Shown in pieces: positions 1 through 8,979 of a DNA stretch of 59,215 bases. The notes beneath the pieces are model-generated. The model was given only the letters and a program-made list of their open reading frames with translations, made no database searches and had not been told where the DNA came from. Both the position numbers and the translations under genes were made by a program. This stretch comes from an uncultured Gammaproteobacteria bacterium (GTDB taxonomy: Bacteria > Pseudomonadota > Gammaproteobacteria > Xanthomonadales > Xanthomonadaceae): NCBI GenBank assembly GCA_966212495.1, contig CBIHRR010000001.1:1-59215 (forward strand), written 5' to 3'. Numbering within the stretch: position 1 is the first letter of the stretch; every line of letters starts with the position of its first letter.

Positions 1-2
1 TC

Positions 3-1661
3 TTCGGCTGGGAAGCGGTGGGCCTGGTCTCGTACCTGCTGATCGGCTTCTGGTTCAAGCGGCCGACGGCGATCTTCGCCAACCTCAAGGCCTTCCTGGT
101 CAACCGCGTCGGCGACTTCGGCTTCGTCCTCGGCATCGCCGCGGTGCTGTACTGGTTCAATTCGCTCGACTACGCCACGGTGTTCGCCAACGCGCCGACC
201 ATCGACGGCATGACGGTCGCGGTGTTCGCCGGCCACGAGTGGTCGGTGGCGACGATCATCTGCATCTGCCTGTTCATCGGCGCCATGGGCAAGTCGGCGC
301 AGGTGCCGCTCCACGTGTGGCTGCCCGACTCGATGGAAGGCCCGACCCCGATCTCGGCGCTGATCCACGCCGCGACGATGGTGACGGCGGGCATCTTCAT
401 GGTGGCGCGCATGTCGCCGCTGTTCGAGCTCAGCGACACCGCGCTGGACTTCGTGCTGTTCATCGGCGCCACGACGGCCTTCTTCACCGGCCTGATCGGC
501 ATCGTCCAGTACGACATCAAGCGCGTGATCGCGTACTCGACCCTGTCGCAGCTGGGCTACATGACCGTCGCACTCGGCGTGTCGGCCTACAGCGCCGGCG
601 TCTACCACCTGATGACCCACGCCTTCTTCAAGGCGCTGCTGTTCCTGGGCGCGGGCTCGGTGATCATCGCCATGCACCACGAGCAGGACATGCGCCGCAT
701 GGGCGGCCTGCGCAAGTACATGCCGGTCACGTTCTGGACGATGCTCGTCGGCACGCTGGCCCTGGTCGGCACGCCGTTCTTCGCGGGTTTCTACTCGAAG
801 GACACGATCATCGAGGCCGCCGCCGAGCACGCGCACGAGGCCGGCAGCTGGGTCGCGACCTACGGGTACTGGGCGGTGCTGCTGGGCGCCTTCGTGACCT
901 CGCTCTACAGCTTCCGCCTGATGTACATGACCTTCGCGGGCCCGGAACGCTTCCGCGACGCGCACGGCGACGGCCATGGCCATGCGGCGCACGCGCACGA
1001 CGACCACGCGCATGACGATCACGCGCACGACGGTGGCCACGGCCACGATGCACACGAGCCCCACGAATCGCCCTGGGTCGTGACGGTGCCGCTGGTGCTG
1101 CTGGCGATCCCGTCGGTCGTGATCGGCTTCCTGACCGCGGGTCCGATGCTGTTCGGCACCGACGTGATGGGCCACGCGAAACAACTGCCGTATTTCCTGG
1201 GATCGATCGACGTCGATGCGGCGCGCGACGTGGTCGCGAAGATCGCGGACGAGGCCTGGCACGGGCCGGTCCGGTTCGCGCTGCACGGCTTCCTGGCGCC
1301 GGCCTTCTGGCTCGCGTTCGCCGGCTTCCTGCTGGCGACCCTCCTGTACTGGTGGAAGCCGGAACTCGCGGGCCGCGCGCGGCACGCGTTCGCCTGGCCG
1401 GTGCGCATCCTCGAGGACAAGTACGGCATGGACGCGCTGTGGATCCGCGGCTTCGCCGGCGGCGGGGTCGCGCTCGGCAAGGCGTCGCGCGTAGCCGACG
1501 AGCGCGTGATCGATGGCGCCGTCAACGGCAGCGTGCGCCTGGTGGGCGCCATCGCCGGCCTGCTGCGCCGCACCCAGTCGGGCTACCTCTACCACTACGC
1601 CTTCGCGATGATCCTGGGCCTGATCGCGCTGCTGGCGGCCCTGCTTCGCTACTGGCACTGA
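3..1661 (+). CDS. nuoL: NADH-quinone oxidoreductase subunit L (5' partial)
   Basis: Frame is open from the window edge (FGWEAVGLVSYLLIGFW). Motifs GKSAQVPLHVWLPDSMEGPTPISALIHAATMV, IKRVIAYSTLSQLGYM and THAFFKALLFL are present. Followed by nuoM/N. Confidence 0.97.
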   Translation, partial: FGWEAVGLVSYLLIGFWFKRPTAIFANLKAFLVNRVGDFGFVLGIAAVLYWFNSLDYATVFANAPTIDGMTVAVFAGHEWSVATIICICLFIGAMGKSAQVPLHVWLPDSMEGPTPISALIHAATMVTAGIFMVARMSPLFELSDTALDFVLFIGATTAFFTGLIGIVQYDIKRVIAYSTLSQLGYMTVALGVSAYSAGVYHLMTHAFFKALLFLGAGSVIIAMHHEQDMRRMGGLRKYMPVTFWTMLVGTLALVGTPFFAGFYSKDTIIEAAAEHAHEAGSWVATYGYWAVLLGAFVTSLYSFRLMYMTFAGPERFRDAHGDGHGHAAHAHDDHAHDDHAHDGGHGHDAHEPHESPWVVTVPLVLLAIPSVVIGFLTAGPMLFGTDVMGHAKQLPYFLGSIDVDAARDVVAKIADEAWHGPVRFALHGFLAPAFWLAFAGFLLATLLYWWKPELAGRARHAFAWPVRILEDKYGMDALWIRGFAGGGVALGKASRVADERVIDGAVNGSVRLVGAIAGLLRRTQSGYLYHYAFAMILGLIALLAALLRYWH

Positions 1662-1665
1662 CCGC

Positions 1666-3186
1666 ATGTCGACCATGACCCATCTCCCGCTGCTCAGCCT
1701 GCTGGTCTGGCTCCCGATCCTCGGCGGCGTGCTGTGCCTGGCCCTCGGCGACGCGCGCGCGCAGGCGGCGCGCTGGACGGCGCTGGTGTTCGCACTCGCG
1801 ACGCTGGCGGTGAGCGTCCCCCTGTTCACGGGCATCGACTTCGGCGACGCCGGCATGCAGTTCGTCGAGCAGCGCGCCTGGATCCCGACGTACGACATCC
1901 AGTACCACCTCGGCGCCGACGGCATCTCGGTGGCACTGATCGGCCTGACCACGCTGACCACGGTGCTGGTGCTCATCGGCGCCTGGAGCCCGATCCAGAA
2001 GCGCGTGAACCAGTACGTCGCGGCGATGCTGATGCTGGAAGGCGTGATGATCGGCGTGTTCGCCGCGATGGACGCGATGCTGTTCTACGTGTTCTTCGAG
2101 GCGATGCTGATCCCGATGTTCATCCTGATCGGCGTGTGGGGCGGCCCGCGCCGCGTCTACGCATCGCTCAAGTTCTTCCTGTACACCTTCCTCGGCTCGG
2201 TGTTCATGCTGGTCGGGCTGGTCTACCTGTACCTGAAGGGCGGCAGCTGGCAGATCGCGGACATGGCGGCGCTGCCGCTGGGGATGCGCGAGCAGGTGTG
2301 GCTGTTCTTCGCGTTCCTGATCGCGTTCGCGGTCAAGGTGCCGATGTTCCCGGTGCACACCTGGCTGCCGGACGCGCACGTCGAGGCGCCGACCGGCGGC
2401 TCCGTGGTGCTGGCCGCGATCATGCTGAAGATCGGTGGCTACGGGTTCCTGCGCTTCACGCTGCCGATCGTGCCGGATGCCGGCCACGAACTGGCCTGGG
2501 TGGTCATCGCCCTGAGCATGATCGCGATCATCTACGTGAGCCTCGTCGCGCTGGTCCAGGACGACATGAAGAAGCTGATCGCGTACTCGTCGGTCGCGCA
2601 CATGGGCTTCGTCACCATGGGCATCTTCATCGCCTTCGCCCTGGTCCGCGACTTCGGCAACCTGGACGCGGCGCGCCTGGGCCTGCAGGGCGCGATGGTG
2701 CAGATGATCAGCCACGGCTTCGTCTCGGGCGCGATGTTCTCCTGCGTCGGCGTGCTCTACGACCGCCTGCACACGCGTCGCATCGCCGACTACGGCGGCG
2801 TCGCCAACGTGATGCCGTGGTTCGCCGCGTTCTTCATCTTCTTCTCGATGGCGAACTCCGGCCTGCCGGGCACCTCGGGCTTCGTCGGCGAGTTCATGGT
2901 CATCCTGGCCAGCTTCCAGCAGCATCCGCTGATCGCCTTCGGCGTCGCCACGACGCTGATCACCGGCGCCGGCTACACGCTGTGGCTGGCCAAGCGGATC
3001 GTGTGGGGCGAAATCGGCAACGCCAACGTCGCGGCCATGAAGGACATCGACATGCGCGAGTGGATCGTGCTCGGGACCTTCGCCGCCGGCGTGCTGCTCA
3101 TCGGCGTGTGGCCGAAGCCGCTGACCGACCTGATGGAGCCCTCCATCGCGCACCTGGCGAGCCAGCTCGCCGCCAGCAAGCTCTGA
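1666..3186 (+). CDS. nuoM: NADH-quinone oxidoreductase subunit M
   Basis: Motifs FYVFFEAMLIPM, VKVPMFPVHTWLPDAHVEAP and KKLIAYSSVAHMG; operon position. Confidence 0.97.
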   Translation: MSTMTHLPLLSLLVWLPILGGVLCLALGDARAQAARWTALVFALATLAVSVPLFTGIDFGDAGMQFVEQRAWIPTYDIQYHLGADGISVALIGLTTLTTVLVLIGAWSPIQKRVNQYVAAMLMLEGVMIGVFAAMDAMLFYVFFEAMLIPMFILIGVWGGPRRVYASLKFFLYTFLGSVFMLVGLVYLYLKGGSWQIADMAALPLGMREQVWLFFAFLIAFAVKVPMFPVHTWLPDAHVEAPTGGSVVLAAIMLKIGGYGFLRFTLPIVPDAGHELAWVVIALSMIAIIYVSLVALVQDDMKKLIAYSSVAHMGFVTMGIFIAFALVRDFGNLDAARLGLQGAMVQMISHGFVSGAMFSCVGVLYDRLHTRRIADYGGVANVMPWFAAFFIFFSMANSGLPGTSGFVGEFMVILASFQQHPLIAFGVATTLITGAGYTLWLAKRIVWGEIGNANVAAMKDIDMREWIVLGTFAAGVLLIGVWPKPLTDLMEPSIAHLASQLAASKL

Positions 3187-3199
3187 GGACGCACGCCGC

Positions 3200-4648
3200 A
3201 TGATCGCGACATTGCCCACCGCCGCCGACCTGCTGCCGCTGCTGCCGGAACTGGTGCTCGTCGCCGGCGCGTTCGCGCTGCTGATGCTCGACCTGTTCCT
3301 CGACGAGGCGCGACGCGGCATCACCAACACCCTCGCGATCGCCTTGCTGCTCGTGGTCGCGACCCTGGCCTTCACCGGCACGGGCGGGCAGGGCACGGTG
3401 CTGAACGGCATGTTCGTGCGCGACGTCATGGCCGACGTGCTGAAGGCCATCGCCTGCCTGGTCACCGCGCTGTCGCTGGTCTATGCGTGGCCGTTCCTGC
3501 GCGAGCGCGGGCTGTACAAGGGCGAGGTCGCGGTGCTGATGCTGTTCGCGACCGCGGGCATGATGCTGCTGATCTCCGCGGGCAGCCTGGTGATGGTGTA
3601 CCTCGGCCTCGAGTTGCTGGCGCTGTGCTCGTACGCGCTGGTCGCGATCGACCGCGACAGCGCGCTGGCGTCGGAAGCGGCGATGAAGTACTTCGTGCTC
3701 GGTTCGCTCGCCTCGGGCCTGCTGCTGTACGGCATGTCGCTGCTCTACGGCGCGACCGGCACCCTCGACCTGGCCACGCTGCACGGCGCGATCGCGCTGT
3801 CCCAGGAGCGCACGCTGCTGCTGATGGGCACGGTGTTCCTGGTCGCCGGCATCGCCTTCAAGTTCGGCGCGGCCCCGTTCCACATGTGGCTGCCGGACAC
3901 CTACCACGGCGCGCCGACCGCGATCACCGTGTTCATCGGCTCCGCGCCGAAGCTGGCGGCCTTCGCGATGGCGTTCCGCCTGCTCGAGGCGGGCGTCGGC
4001 CCGCTGAGCGGCGAGTGGCGCCTGCTCATCGCCGCGCTGGCCGTCGCATCGCTGGCGGTCGGCAACCTGGTCGCGCTGATGCAGGCCAACCTCAAGCGCA
4101 TGCTCGCGTACTCGACGATCTCGCACGTCGGCTTCGTGTTCATGGGCATCGCGGCGGCGAACGCGGCCGGCTACGCGGCGGCGATGTTCTACGCGATCAG
4201 CTACGCGATCATGGCCACGGCGTCGTTCGGCGCGATCGTGGTGCTGGCGCGCAATGGCTACGAGGCCGACGGCATCGACGACTTCAAGGGCCTGGCGGCG
4301 CGCAGCCCGTGGCTTGCCGGGATGATGCTGTGCGCGATGATGTCGCTGGCCGGCATCCCGCCGTTCCTCGGCTTCTGGGCCAAGCTCGCGGTGTTGCGCG
4401 CGGCCATCGGTGGCGACCTGCTGTGGCTGGCCATCGTCGGCATCGTGTTCGCGGTCATCGGCTGCTTCTACTACCTGCGGGTGTGCAAGGCGATGTACTT
4501 CGACGCGCCGCCGGAAGGGCTGCCGTCGCCGCGTCCGAACGACCGCATCCTGCGCACCGTCTTCGGCGTCAACGCGCTGGCGCTGCTGGCCCTGGGCCTG
4601 GCCTGGAACCCGATCATGGCGTGGTGCCAGCTAGCGTTCCAGGGCTGA
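3200..4648 (+). CDS. nuoN: NADH-quinone oxidoreductase subunit N
   Basis: Motifs EAAMKYFVLGS, FKFGAAPFHMWLPD and KRMLAYSTISHVG; last gene of the nuo operon. Confidence 0.97.
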   Translation: MIATLPTAADLLPLLPELVLVAGAFALLMLDLFLDEARRGITNTLAIALLLVVATLAFTGTGGQGTVLNGMFVRDVMADVLKAIACLVTALSLVYAWPFLRERGLYKGEVAVLMLFATAGMMLLISAGSLVMVYLGLELLALCSYALVAIDRDSALASEAAMKYFVLGSLASGLLLYGMSLLYGATGTLDLATLHGAIALSQERTLLLMGTVFLVAGIAFKFGAAPFHMWLPDTYHGAPTAITVFIGSAPKLAAFAMAFRLLEAGVGPLSGEWRLLIAALAVASLAVGNLVALMQANLKRMLAYSTISHVGFVFMGIAAANAAGYAAAMFYAISYAIMATASFGAIVVLARNGYEADGIDDFKGLAARSPWLAGMMLCAMMSLAGIPPFLGFWAKLAVLRAAIGGDLLWLAIVGIVFAVIGCFYYLRVCKAMYFDAPPEGLPSPRPNDRILRTVFGVNALALLALGLAWNPIMAWCQLAFQG

Positions 4649-6391
4649 AGCGAAGGCGTCGCGCGAGGGCTCCGCACGGGGCCGCACGGCGTTCGCGACG
4701 CCGCTGCCATCGATCTCCAGCGACTGCGCGGCCATCGACGCCAGCCCGGTCCGGTGCGACACGACCACGATCGCCGCGTGCGGGAGGCGCCGTCGCAGCG
4801 TGGACAGCACTTCGCGTTCCGAGGCCGCGTCGAGCGCGCCGGTGGCTTCGTCCAGGATGGCGAGTGCCGGCTGCCGCAGCAGCACCTGCGCGAGCATGAG
4901 CCTCTGCAGCTCCCCGCCGGAGAACCGGCTGGCTGAATCCTGCAATCCCGTCTCGAGCCCCCGATTCGTCCGGTGCAGCCGCCGGTCGAGCCCCACGTCG
5001 GCCAGTGCCTGCCACATCCGCGCGTCGCTTGCCTCCGGCGCCGCCCATCGCAGGCTTTCGCGCACGCTCGCATGCCACGGCCGGACCTGCTGGCTGACGT
5101 AGGCGCCGGTTCCGACCAGCGCCCGGTACTCGTCGAAGCCGATCGCGCGGCCGCCCACGTCCGCCTCGAACCCGGCCGGCTCCATCATCCCGGCGAGGAC
5201 GTCGACCAGGCAGCTCTTGCCGATGCCCGAGTCGCCGCACACGAGCGTCAGCTCACCGGGCGCAAGGACCAGGCCGCGCACATCGAGCGCGACGATCGAG
5301 GGCGGCAGCCGCACGCGCCCGATGCGCAGCGTTCCCGCCAGGCCATTCGCCGCAAGGCCGTCCGCGGAACGCGTGAGGGACGGCGGTTTCGCCTCCGGTT
5401 CCAGCGCCATGTAGCGCCGCCACAGGCCGAGTGCCGGTGCGGCTGAGCGCAGCTGCTGGATGCCTTGCCGGGTGGCGGCGAGGTAAGGCAGCAGGCGCCC
5501 GAGCAGCAGGCACACCGCCACCAGGTTCGCCTGCCCGACGCCGCTCCAGCGATGCGCCAGCAGTAAGGCCGCGGCGATCGCGGCCGCCGCCAGGAGCTCG
5601 AGGAGCAATCGCCCGTGGGCGGCGAGTTGCAGCTGGCGACGGTAGCCGCGCGCCAGGCCTGCCGCGATTGCCCCGTAGGAAGCATCGTCGGCCACCTCCC
5701 TGCCGAACGAGCGGACGTGGCGCAGGCGCCGCGGGAAGTCCTCGCCGCGCCAGAACAAGTGCGTCATGCCGGCGACATAGTCGCGGCTGGCGAGCGACTG
5801 CTCGCGGCCGAACAGGCGCGCCGCCATCCACGCGAATGCGGCCAGGACCGGCAATGCCAGCAGCAGCGGCGGCGCCATCCACAGCGCGAAGCCGAGCGTG
5901 ACCACGGTCGTGGCGATCGCGACGAGCAGTTGCAGCGCCGCGCTGAAGCCGTGCACGACGACCTCGACGTTGTAGGTCAGGACATTGGCGATTTCGGCAG
6001 AGCTCGAGTCCGCGAGCGACGCAAGCTTCGCGCGGATCAACCGCGCGTGGACTTCGCGGCGCAGCAGCATGCCGCAACGCGACGCCAGCCGCGCGCCCAG
6101 GCAGGCCGCCGACCAGCGCAGCAGGGCGAACGCGCCGGTCGCGATCGCGAACCATGCGGCATGCGCCTCGAAGCTTCCTGCCGCGCGTGGCAGGCGGCCG
6201 GTGAACGGCAGGACCGTCGAAGGCTGGATCAGCGCCGCCAGGAACAGCGCCGCAACGCTTCCGGCGAGCGCCGCCAGCAGCGACGCGGCGATGTACGCAG
6301 CGACCTGCGCCTGGTCGCGTGGCAGGAAGATCCGGCCGAAGTCGCGCAACGCGGCGCGCCAGTCCTCAGGCGAGGATTCGTTGCAGCGCAT
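4631..6391 (-). CDS. ABC exporter, fused membrane domain + ATPase
   Basis: N-terminal hydrophobic helices. Walker A GDSGIGKS, Q-loop YVSQ, signature FSGGELQR, Walker B ILDEAT, H-loop VSHR. Start placed at ATG 6391, overlapping the upstream kinase stop. The 3' end overlaps the nuoN 3' end by 18 nt. Confidence 0.85.
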   Translation of the reverse strand: MRCNESSPEDWRAALRDFGRIFLPRDQAQVAAYIAASLLAALAGSVAALFLAALIQPSTVLPFTGRLPRAAGSFEAHAAWFAIATGAFALLRWSAACLGARLASRCGMLLRREVHARLIRAKLASLADSSSAEIANVLTYNVEVVVHGFSAALQLLVAIATTVVTLGFALWMAPPLLLALPVLAAFAWMAARLFGREQSLASRDYVAGMTHLFWRGEDFPRRLRHVRSFGREVADDASYGAIAAGLARGYRRQLQLAAHGRLLLELLAAAAIAAALLLAHRWSGVGQANLVAVCLLLGRLLPYLAATRQGIQQLRSAAPALGLWRRYMALEPEAKPPSLTRSADGLAANGLAGTLRIGRVRLPPSIVALDVRGLVLAPGELTLVCGDSGIGKSCLVDVLAGMMEPAGFEADVGGRAIGFDEYRALVGTGAYVSQQVRPWHASVRESLRWAAPEASDARMWQALADVGLDRRLHRTNRGLETGLQDSASRFSGGELQRLMLAQVLLRQPALAILDEATGALDAASEREVLSTLRRRLPHAAIVVVSHRTGLASMAAQSLEIDGSGVANAVRPRAEPSRDAFASALER

Positions 6392-7328
6392 CGACCGAAC
6401 TCGCCGGCTGCGGCCCGCGCCGCAGGTGGTAGGCGGGCGCGTGCAGCGCCCATTGCTCGAAGCGGTCCCATCCGGGCTGGCCCATCGCGTAGGCCTGGTC
6501 GGAGGCCACGCACGCTGCCAAGTCTGCGCGCGTCGCGGGCGTGAGCGCTGCGTCCGGACCATCGCCCGCGTGCCTGGAGAGGATCACCGTCGCGACCAGT
6601 TCCAGGGGCGCCTGGGCGAGCCGCAGCCCGGGGGGCGCGCGCCGCAGGTCGGCCTCGAACTTCTCCACGCCGCTGCGGCGGCGGATCACCGGCGATCCCG
6701 CGATCCAGCGTCGGGCCGCGTCGTCGGCGATGCCGGCGAGCGCATCGCGTTGCACGTGCAGGAAGTTGGAGAGGCCTGTCGCCAGCATGCGGCCGGGCTC
6801 GACGAAGGTCGCGTCCTCGGAGAGGAAGTCCAGGCCGCGCAGCAGGCTGTGCAGCGCCAGCGTCGACTTGCCCGCGCCGCTGTCGCCGAGCAGCAGGACG
6901 CCGCGCCCGTTGCGTCCCACGCACGCGGCATGCAGCGGGACGAGGCCCTGGCAACGCGCCGCCAGCAGGAGGATCGCGAACTCGACCAGCTCGTAGCGCA
7001 CGTTGTACGCGTGGTCGAGCATGTCGGCGGAGGCAACCACGCGCGCACGGCGCCGTCGCGGGGAGACCAGCACGTAGTTCCCGGCATCCATGATCCCGGC
7101 CTGGAGGCGGGGTCCCAGCCGGGTGCGGACGGGGGGCGGTTCCGGACTGGCGGTCGCGCGGCGGCGCGGCAGCAGGTGCAATTCGACGTCGAGGTCCGGG
7201 CCGACCTTCCCGAAGCGCAGCGGCGCCAGCCCGCCACAAGCGGCCTCGGCCACGTCCAGCATGGCCGCGCTGTCGCTCCGGAAACGAAAGCGGCCGCCGA
7301 TGGCCTGCTGGCACCTGGAACTCATCAT
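6366..7328 (-). CDS. HPr kinase-like P-loop kinase
   Basis: LHAACV-x-GRGVLLLGDSGAGKSTL-x-FLSEDA matches the HprK-type His/P-loop/acidic motif set, also seen in lasso-cluster kinases. Start is uncertain. Confidence 0.75.
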   Translation of the reverse strand: MMSSRCQQAIGGRFRFRSDSAAMLDVAEAACGGLAPLRFGKVGPDLDVELHLLPRRRATASPEPPPVRTRLGPRLQAGIMDAGNYVLVSPRRRRARVVASADMLDHAYNVRYELVEFAILLLAARCQGLVPLHAACVGRNGRGVLLLGDSGAGKSTLALHSLLRGLDFLSEDATFVEPGRMLATGLSNFLHVQRDALAGIADDAARRWIAGSPVIRRRSGVEKFEADLRRAPPGLRLAQAPLELVATVILSRHAGDGPDAALTPATRADLAACVASDQAYAMGQPGWDRFEQWALHAPAYHLRRGPQPASSVDALQRILA

Positions 7329-7364
7329 GCTGCGCACCGCGCGGTGGTGGTGGATCCTGCATGG

Positions 7365-7394
7365 GTAGGTGGGACGGCGGCGGGAAAAGGTTGC
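7365..7394 (-). promoter_or_regulatory. Putative ECF-sigma promoter P1 (kinase-ABC operon)
   Basis: Minus strand reads GCAAC cttttcccgccgccgtcc CACCTAC (18-nt spacer); same motif as four other island promoters. Confidence 0.7.
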
Positions 7395-7400
7395 CGGCAC

Positions 7401-7430
7401 GCAACCATTCGCCGGCGGGCGGGGACCCAC
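7401..7430 (+). promoter_or_regulatory. Putative ECF-sigma promoter P2 (rSAM1-NTase-MT operon)
   Basis: GCAAC cattcgccggcgggcggg GACCCAC (18-nt spacer); the ATG follows 7 nt later. Confidence 0.65.
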
Positions 7431-7437
7431 GGGCGAC

Positions 7438-8979
7438 ATGCTCAGGATCCTGCTCGCCCATTCCTATTTCCTGCGCTTCGACCAGAAACAGTGGGAGCGC
7501 GGCAAGCCGTATCCGCCACTTGCCACCCTCCAGGTGGCCGCGATGCTGCGCACGCTGGGGCATGAGGTCGCGCTGTTCGACGCGATGCTCGCCGACGGCG
7601 TCGACGACTACGTCGCGGCACTGGGCGAGGCGCGGCCGGATCTCGTCGTCCTGTACGAGGACAACTTCAACTTCCTCACCAAGATGTGCCTGGACCGCAT
7701 GCACGAGGCCGCGTGCCGGATGGTGGGCGAAGCCGCCGCCTCCGGCGCGCGCGTCATCGTCGCCGGGTCCGATGCGTCGGACCGTCCGCGCCCGCTCCTC
7801 GACGCCGGTGCCGATGCCGTGCTGGTGGGCGAGGGCACCGCCGCCCTGCGCGCGCTGGTGGCGCGGCTGGAACAGGATCGCGGCATCGAGGCGTCGCGAT
7901 GGGTCTCCGGCATTCCCGGCCTGGCGTCGCTGCACCTGGTGCACGATGACGCTGGCAAGCCGCCAGGCGGGCAGTCCGGAATGCCCGCGAAGCCCGGTGC
8001 GCTGCCGCCGGATCGCCAGCTGTCCGGCGAGGCCGCATGGGACCTGGTCGACATCGGGCGTTATCGGCGCCTGTGGCAGGAGCGGCATGGCTACTTCAGC
8101 CTGAACATGGTGGCCTCGCGTGGCTGCCCGTTCCGCTGCAACTGGTGCGCCAAGCCGATCTGGGGCAACCATTACGCGCAACGCGCGCCGCGGGATGTCG
8201 CGGCGGAAATGGCTTTCCTGAAACGCGAGTTCCAGCCCGACCACATCTGGATGGCGGACGACATCTTCGGCTTCCGCGCCGACTGGCTCGCGGAATTCTC
8301 GGCGCACCTGCGGGAACTCGACGGCTCGGTGCCCTTCACCATCCAGATCCGCGCCAACATGATCAGCGAGCGCATGGCAGACGCGCTCCAGGAAGCCGGC
8401 TGCGTCGAGGCCTGGATCGGCGCGGAAAGCGGCAGCCAGCGGATCCTCGACGCGATGGCGAAGGACACCACCATCGGCGAACTGGTCGCGGCGCGGGAAC
8501 GACTCGGCGCGCGCGGCATCCGCGTGGGATTCTTCATCCAGCTCGGCTACCTCGGCGAGCAGCTGGACGACCTGCTGGCGACACGCGCGCTGGTGGTGCT
8601 CGCCGCGCCGGACGAAATCGGCGTCAGCGTGTCCTATCCGCTGCCGGGCACGCGCTTCCACGAACAGGTCAAGGCGCAACTCGGCAGTAAGACGCACTGG
8701 AAGGAGAGCGGCGACCTGTCGATGATGTTCCGCGGCGCATACGATTCGCAGTTCTACCGCGATTTCCGCGACCTCCTGCATCGGCAGGTCGCGTTGCTGC
8801 AGCCGGGGCATGCGATGGCGCCGGGCGAGTACCGCGACGCCTGCGACAGGCTCGACGCGCGCTGGAGGGCGCTGGTCGCCGGCGAGCGCGAGCATCGCAA
8901 CCCGGGCGATGCCGCCGTTGCGGCGATGGCGCGCCATGCCGCTGGAGATGCCCGTGTTGCCGCCACTCAAGACGGTTAA
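7438..8979 (+). CDS. B12-binding domain radical SAM enzyme (rSAM1)
   Basis: N-terminal B12-binding-like domain (YPPLATL...), SRGCPFRCNWC (CxxxCxxC), ADDIF and IGAESGSQ. Confidence 0.88.
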   Translation: MLRILLAHSYFLRFDQKQWERGKPYPPLATLQVAAMLRTLGHEVALFDAMLADGVDDYVAALGEARPDLVVLYEDNFNFLTKMCLDRMHEAACRMVGEAAASGARVIVAGSDASDRPRPLLDAGADAVLVGEGTAALRALVARLEQDRGIEASRWVSGIPGLASLHLVHDDAGKPPGGQSGMPAKPGALPPDRQLSGEAAWDLVDIGRYRRLWQERHGYFSLNMVASRGCPFRCNWCAKPIWGNHYAQRAPRDVAAEMAFLKREFQPDHIWMADDIFGFRADWLAEFSAHLRELDGSVPFTIQIRANMISERMADALQEAGCVEAWIGAESGSQRILDAMAKDTTIGELVAARERLGARGIRVGFFIQLGYLGEQLDDLLATRALVVLAAPDEIGVSVSYPLPGTRFHEQVKAQLGSKTHWKESGDLSMMFRGAYDSQFYRDFRDLLHRQVALLQPGHAMAPGEYRDACDRLDARWRALVAGEREHRNPGDAAVAAMARHAAGDARVAATQDG

